From IMG/VR virus record IMGVR_UViG_2648501751_000004: a DNA stretch of 20,000 bases; one strand, 5' to 3'. The translations under genes were made by a program, and so were the position numbers. Positions 15,611 to 20,000 of this stretch are shown here, piece by piece. The first letter of the stretch is position 1. The number at the start of each line of letters is the position of its first letter. This DNA comes from an uncultured virus (IMG/VR IMGVR_UViG_2648501751_000004). Lineage: Duplodnaviria; Heunggongvirae; Uroviricota; Caudoviricetes. The notes beneath the pieces were generated by a model. That model searched no databases. It saw nothing but the letters and a program-made list of their open reading frames with translations, and had not been told where the DNA came from.

Positions 15611-16329
15611 TCAACCCCTCCGCGCCGGCGGCTGACCGGTATGGATGGTGCGTTCACCCCAGGTGTCCAGGTCCACCCGCTCCCAGCCGTTGGCCAGTGC
15701 CTCGCTGTGGATCCGGTACAGGTTGACGGCCACCCGGCGCAGGCAGCCACGCACCCGGTCGTTCACGGCCTGCAGCAGATCGTCGTCCATGTCCACATCC
15801 GGGTAGCTGCGGCTGGCCAGCTCGCGCACGTCGTTCAGGCTGGCCTTCTGGGCAGGCACCCATTCCAGTACCCGGTTGTGCAGGCGCTCCAGGCGTGCCA
15901 TGGAGGTAGGCACACGCTCCTCGCCGATCAGGATCAGGGTGCCCTGGCTGGCGTTGTAGATGTCGGTCAACACATTGGCGGCCGCCTTGTCGATCACGTA
16001 CTGGACGTCGTCGACAATCAGCGGGCGAGCGGACCGGCTGAGCTGCTCGGCCACCTGGTCGACCATCTCGCTGAGGGTTTTCATGGGGATGATGCCCATC
16101 TCCCGCAGGATGGCGACCAGGAAAGCCTTTTTCGTCCAGCTCTCCCGGCACTCCACGTAGTAGGCGCGGTGCAGGTTGGCGGCGTAGGCGGCCGCCAGGG
16201 ATTTGCCGTAGCCGCTCGGGCCGTACATCACCACCAGGCCGGGCAGCTCGGGGGCCGGTTGGCCGCGCTCTCCACGGCGTGGGCGAGCAGGCCGACGTTG
16301 GTCAGTGGTACAATGGTGTTGACGCTCAT
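15611..16329 (-). pseudogene. MuB-like AAA+ transposition ATPase, frameshifted near codon 27
   Basis: ATG 16329 with SD CAGGAG gives MSVNTIVPLTNVGLLAHAVESAANRP. One extra C in the C5 run (16254-16250) continues the frame as PELPGLVVMYGPSGYGKS (Walker A)...LIVDD (Walker B), 239 aa in total. As given, the frame stops after 33 aa. Confidence 0.85.
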
Positions 16330-16371
16330 ATAAACTCCTGAGGTTTTTGCTTGGGTGTCAGGGCCATGCGC

Positions 16372-18468
16372 TTACATGGCCTTCCGAGTGCCGGCGGGCG
16401 CATTCCCGCTGGCACTCATTTCCATCACGCGCTGGATAGCGCGGAATCCGGTTGTTTTCGGGTAGCTCTCCCACCACTTCCGTTCAGCCTCGGCCAGCGT
16501 CTCGCCGGCGCTCTGGCGTTTATCCAGGGCGTGCCACAGGTGGTACCGCTGGGTGGGGTCTTCGGGTATCTGGAAGGTTTCGGCCTTCGGTGCCGCCAGT
16601 TCGCGGGCCTTGGCGCGGCCGGCTTCCAGCAGCTTTTCGTTGTCGTCATTGGCAGACAGGGGCTCGATCACGCGGATCTCCACGTCCTGGCCGGTGATGG
16701 TTTTGGCCTTGGTGCCCAGGCGGTTGAGCTGGCCTTTCACACGCTTGTCAGCGGCGCGCTGGATCATGCTCTGAGGCATTGCCGGGGTGGCGTTGCCGTT
16801 CAGTTCGGCCTCGCCCAGCAGCTCGCCCTCCAGGGTGAACACGCCCACGCGGGTCTCGTCGCGGTAATCCCAGGCCACCTTGACCTCTTCGCCGTGGAAG
16901 TCCCGCAGCAGGTCCAGGAAGTAAATGCCGCCGTTGATGCGCACTTCGCCCCGGTGCGTCTTGCGCACTTCCTGCGGCCGGGTGAGTGAGGCCACCAGGT
17001 CGGCCTCGGCGCTCACCGGCTCCCAGCCTTCCGCCTCGGCGCTGGCCAGCGCTTCCATGGGGCTCTGGTGGCGCATCCGGCCGGTCTCCAGATCGCGGAT
17101 CTTGGGCAGCGACGAGTGCGGGGTGTGGTTGTAGCGCTCGACGGCGTCGCACAGGCCGTCGTAAAACTCCTGAAAGCTCGGTATGTGCAGCGGCTTCAGC
17201 CCGTTTTTGATGGCCTGGCGGGAGAGCTTGTGCACCCGGGTGGCGGCCTCTTTGTCCATGTCCGGGCCGATGTAGCTGTCCAGGGTTTTGGCGTAGCGGA
17301 TCAGGATGGACTGGTGCGGCCGTTCGATGATGCCCCGGCCCTGGGAGTTGTAGGGCAGCGCGTTGGTGAAGGTGCCGCCCAGGCGGTCGACGACTTCCCG
17401 CACCGGGTCGTTGTCAAAGCCGGCGCCATTATCGGAATAGAACACGGCGAACATGCCGTTGCGGGTGATGCCGTCCCGCAGGGCGTCCAGGGTGGCCAGG
17501 ATGGACTCGGCCAGGTTGACGGCAACACCGACAATGCGCTTGGTGCCCCAGTCGATCACCATGGTGATCTCCGGCTTGAAGGCCTGGCCGGTGATCGGGT
17601 TGATCACCTCGCTCTTGAAGGTGTGACCATCGCCCACCCACACATCGTTTGGCCACAAGTGATCGAAGGTGCGGCGCTTGAAAGGTTGAACCGCCTTCAG
17701 GTCACGCGGCCCCATGCGGCCACGCTCCCGGGCCTCCGGGCTCATCTTGCGCAATTGCCGGTACACCTGGTCGATGGATGGGTGCGGACCAGGTGAGCGC
17801 TCCACAAACATCTGGTAGGCCGCCGCTACCGGGGGCTTCTGGGGGCGCTGATAGAACTTGAGGAACCGGGGCAGCCACTCCGGTACGGTCATGTCAGCCT
17901 TGCGCCGCTTCGGGGCCAGGGCCCGCTCGCCGTGCTCCCGGAAGTCGGAGAGCCAGCGCTTGAGGGTGCGTTCGGACAGGTTGCGCGTGGCGGTCTTGCG
18001 ATCATTCGCCAGCACCGCCCGCTCGGCCAGATACGGCGTTAGATCTCCCAGGGCCGCCTTGGCGACTAACGTTTGAATGGCCTTCTGCTGGGTGGTCAGG
18101 GTGCACAGCCGCTCGATCTCCCGCACGAGCGCCACCCGGGCGCCCATCACCTGCAGCTGGGTCTCGTTCAACTGCTCGTAGCTTTCCGGTTTGCGGGCCG
18201 GGGTCGGTGTGGCGGTGCTGGTCTGTACCGGATGGTCCGGCTCGGCGCTGTCCACCAGGCGTTCCAGCAGGGCGTCCCGGGTTTCCTGGGGGAGGCTGGC
18301 AAAGGCGTATTCGCGGCCACCGCCTTTGCCCTTGCGCTTTTTGAAGTCCCAGCCTTCCGCCTTGGCCCGGCGAATAAGCGCGCTCACGCTGGTGGGTACA
18401 CCTGGCATTCCTGCCAGCTCAGCCGCCGTGAAATAAGACTGGACCATGGGAGACGTGCGGCAGTTCAT
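16372..18468 (-). CDS. MuA-like DDE transposase
   Basis: N-terminal Mu DNA-binding domain (FTAAELAGMPGVP...GKGGGREY..ASLP) and catalytic WVGDGH / YSDNGAGF / GIIER motifs, with a Mu-transposase C-terminal region. The start could alternatively be ATG 18447. Confidence 0.96.
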   Translation of the reverse strand: MNCRTSPMVQSYFTAAELAGMPGVPTSVSALIRRAKAEGWDFKKRKGKGGGREYAFASLPQETRDALLERLVDSAEPDHPVQTSTATPTPARKPESYEQLNETQLQVMGARVALVREIERLCTLTTQQKAIQTLVAKAALGDLTPYLAERAVLANDRKTATRNLSERTLKRWLSDFREHGERALAPKRRKADMTVPEWLPRFLKFYQRPQKPPVAAAYQMFVERSPGPHPSIDQVYRQLRKMSPEARERGRMGPRDLKAVQPFKRRTFDHLWPNDVWVGDGHTFKSEVINPITGQAFKPEITMVIDWGTKRIVGVAVNLAESILATLDALRDGITRNGMFAVFYSDNGAGFDNDPVREVVDRLGGTFTNALPYNSQGRGIIERPHQSILIRYAKTLDSYIGPDMDKEAATRVHKLSRQAIKNGLKPLHIPSFQEFYDGLCDAVERYNHTPHSSLPKIRDLETGRMRHQSPMEALASAEAEGWEPVSAEADLVASLTRPQEVRKTHRGEVRINGGIYFLDLLRDFHGEEVKVAWDYRDETRVGVFTLEGELLGEAELNGNATPAMPQSMIQRAADKRVKGQLNRLGTKAKTITGQDVEIRVIEPLSANDDNEKLLEAGRAKARELAAPKAETFQIPEDPTQRYHLWHALDKRQSAGETLAEAERKWWESYPKTTGFRAIQRVMEMSASGNAPAGTRKAM

Positions 18469-18485
18469 GACCGATCCCCCCGGAA

Positions 18486-18514
18486 TTGGCGGGGGCTCAC
18501 CCCTCCGCTATGGT
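18486..18514 (+). promoter_or_regulatory. Sigma70-like promoter for the antisense gene
   Basis: TTGGCG (18486-18491), 17-bp spacer, TATGGT (18509-18514), lying 41 nt upstream of ATG 18556. Confidence 0.62.
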
Positions 18515-18555
18515 TAGAGGTGCCAACCAAACCAACCAAGGCAAAAGGAGCCCCC

Positions 18556-18819
18556 ATGGCAAAGGGAACAGATTTTGATATTGAAGAGATGCAGCGCACC
18601 CGAGCTGAGAACATGCGGACTGCCGCTGCTGGCGTGTGGCACTCATACTTCGGCCAGTGCGTGGAGAAGCTCATGATGAAAGGTCGACCAGTAACGAAAG
18701 AGGCCGTTATCGCTGAGCTGCAGGCTGAAATAGAAGGGCGGCCAGAAAACTCGGATGCCCGGATCATTGCCGAAACGGTCTTACGCAAGGTCGAGAGCAT
18801 TACTTCCGATCCTTCTTAA
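18556..18819 (+). CDS. Antisense-oriented 87-aa hypothetical protein (moron-like)
   Basis: SD AAAGGAG, then MAKGTDFDIEEMQRTRAENMRT...VLRKVESITSDPS*. Helical, charged and lower GC. It is the only plausible plus-strand gene in the window. Confidence 0.75.
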   Translation: MAKGTDFDIEEMQRTRAENMRTAAAGVWHSYFGQCVEKLMMKGRPVTKEAVIAELQAEIEGRPENSDARIIAETVLRKVESITSDPS

Positions 18820-19228
18820 CATCACCCGAAAGGGAGTTGAAAAGTCCGGCCAGTAACTTTTCTGGCTGGGCTCTCGTCAGAGCTGCCTGGTGCAATATCC
18901 GGATGCTCACGGACTGGTCAGTGATCCCCCAGCTCTCATAGGCATACTTGGACATTTCTTTCAGGGCCCAAGTGGCAGGCCCCCAGGTAAAGTCGCTGGC
19001 CTCCTGAGGCGCTGCGGTTAGAGCCTCATCGATAATCTGCCCAGCCCTTTCAAGCAGCTTGTAGGGGCCAGACTTCTGTATCCGTACACTGAACTCGACA
19101 GCGGTCATGCCCTCTGCGATAGCCTGAGATATAAGGTCACTCATGACCTGTATGGCTTCTTCGCTTCCGAGGCAGGCAGCGACCGCGAATGCCTGGTGGT
19201 GATCTTTCGTCAGGTCAGACTGCTTCAT
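18800..19228 (-). CDS. Hypothetical protein, 142 aa, lower GC
   Basis: Start MKQSDLTK at 19228 overlaps the upstream stop (ATGA) and has SD GAGG. Confidence 0.72.
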   Translation of the reverse strand: MKQSDLTKDHHQAFAVAACLGSEEAIQVMSDLISQAIAEGMTAVEFSVRIQKSGPYKLLERAGQIIDEALTAAPQEASDFTWGPATWALKEMSKYAYESWGITDQSVSIRILHQAALTRAQPEKLLAGLFNSLSGDVKKDRK

Positions 19229-19662
19229 TCCTCTTCTCCCATCAGTCGCTTCAGTTCCTTCATGTCGTGCTGCAGCCGGTCCTTCATCTGCTGCATCTTT
19301 CCGTACTGCGCCGCCAGCGCCTCTTTTCCGTAGGCCACACGGCCGCCGCGCATGTGCACCATCCAGTCGGTAAAGGCGTGGGTGTGGCACACCTCTTCCA
19401 GCAGCGGAACCCGGTACAGCGGAATGTTGTGCTCGCTCCGGCCCGGGCTCGACCAGGCATCCAGCATGTGCTTGGACACGTCGTCGCCAGACAGCCGGCT
19501 CATCTGGGCCGCGATCTCGTAACGATCGTGTGGGGAGTGCTTCAAGACAGCGCCCACCAGCTCGCTTACCTGGGCGGCATAGTTTCCACTGCCTGGCAGC
19601 GGGACCACCGGCTGGGGCACCTCGAAGATGTCAATCGTGGCGGTGTCTTTGACCCTGCGCAT
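19225..19662 (-). CDS. Conserved Mu-like early protein, probable DNA-binding
   Basis: HTH-like RYEIAAQMSRLSGDDVSKHMLDAWSS and a C-terminal coiled coil. Directly follows ner. Confidence 0.8.
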   Translation of the reverse strand: MRRVKDTATIDIFEVPQPVVPLPGSGNYAAQVSELVGAVLKHSPHDRYEIAAQMSRLSGDDVSKHMLDAWSSPGRSEHNIPLYRVPLLEEVCHTHAFTDWMVHMRGGRVAYGKEALAAQYGKMQQMKDRLQHDMKELKRLMGEEE

Positions 19663-19664
19663 AT

Positions 19665-20000
19665 TTATGCGCTCCGCGCCAGTTGACAGTGCGCGATAGC
19701 GTTAGATTTTGTATGCTTAGTGCATACCTGCTCCTTGCGTTCTCCCACATTCGGACGTTCGCGGAGCGGCGCGCCGTGCGGATGCCAGCGGTCGGGCCAG
19801 ATGTCCTGGGGAGCCAGTTCCAGCTTCCGGGCAATGGCCCGCTCAACACGCGGGTACCGCACGCGCTTGACGTTATTGACAGACTGCCTGGAAACGCCCA
19901 GATCCTGGGCAACCTTGGCAAGGGACGATCCACGCATACGGAGCTGGAATTTCACCCACTCCCACAGCAGTTCTGGATCGGTCGGAATCTTGGTTTTCAT
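19665..20000 (-). CDS. ner: Ner/Nlp-like transcriptional regulator
   Basis: WVKFQLRMRGSSLAKVAQDLGVSRQSV...YPRVERAIARKLELAPQDIWPDRW is the Ner signature. First gene of the early operon. Confidence 0.88.
   Translation of the reverse strand: MKTKIPTDPELLWEWVKFQLRMRGSSLAKVAQDLGVSRQSVNNVKRVRYPRVERAIARKLELAPQDIWPDRWHPHGAPLRERPNVGERKEQVCTKHTKSNAIAHCQLARSA

Larger units (their letters stand above)
1..20000 (-). mobile_element. Mu-like transposable prophage or phage genome segment (ner to major capsid; both ends lie outside the window)
   Basis: Gene order matches Mu-like phages: ner, A transposase, B ATPase, accessory genes, gemA, mor/C, lysis, terminase, portal, F, G, I/Z, T. Most genes are tightly coupled by ATGA/TGATG overlaps. 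Confidence 0.97.

Noticed and set aside
18073..18555. Upstream extension of the plus-strand ORF to 248 aa
   Set aside because: It overlaps the transposase. The promoter and SD point to ATG 18556.
19229..19390. Upstream extension of the 18800-19390 ORF
   Set aside because: It overlaps the preceding gene. The coupled ATG at 19228 with an SD is more plausible.
1..20000. CRISPR array, tRNA/rRNA, Mu end sequences, repressor, gam
   Set aside because: No spaced repeats or RNA-gene signatures were seen. The ends and the repressor would lie outside the window, and no Gam-like ORF was recognised.

Overview
The whole window is the left and central part of a Mu-like transposable (pro)phage, almost entirely on the minus strand, in a GC-rich, probably proteobacterial host. 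Reading right to left: ner-like regulator, two early genes, an antisense gene with its own sigma70 promoter, MuA-type DDE transposase, a MuB-type ATPase broken by a 1-nt frameshift in a C5 run, small accessory genes, gemA, a Mor/C activator, a lysis cassette (M15 peptidase endolysin, holin, two spanins), gp25/gp26-like genes, small and large terminase, portal, MuF with a C-terminal extension, gpG, protease/scaffold (I/Z), a decoration-like protein and the major capsid gene, which runs off the left edge. The main non-coding discovery is a complete type II hammerhead ribozyme (12972-13029, minus strand). It starts right after a stop codon and precedes an unannotated 59-aa membrane peptide gene. 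Other notable items are a shared late-promoter motif that predicts a leaderless protease mRNA, a dual-coding antisense insert whose shadow ORF is coupled at both ends, and a candidate central gyrase-site region between G and I. All family calls come from motif recognition and gene order, not database searches.
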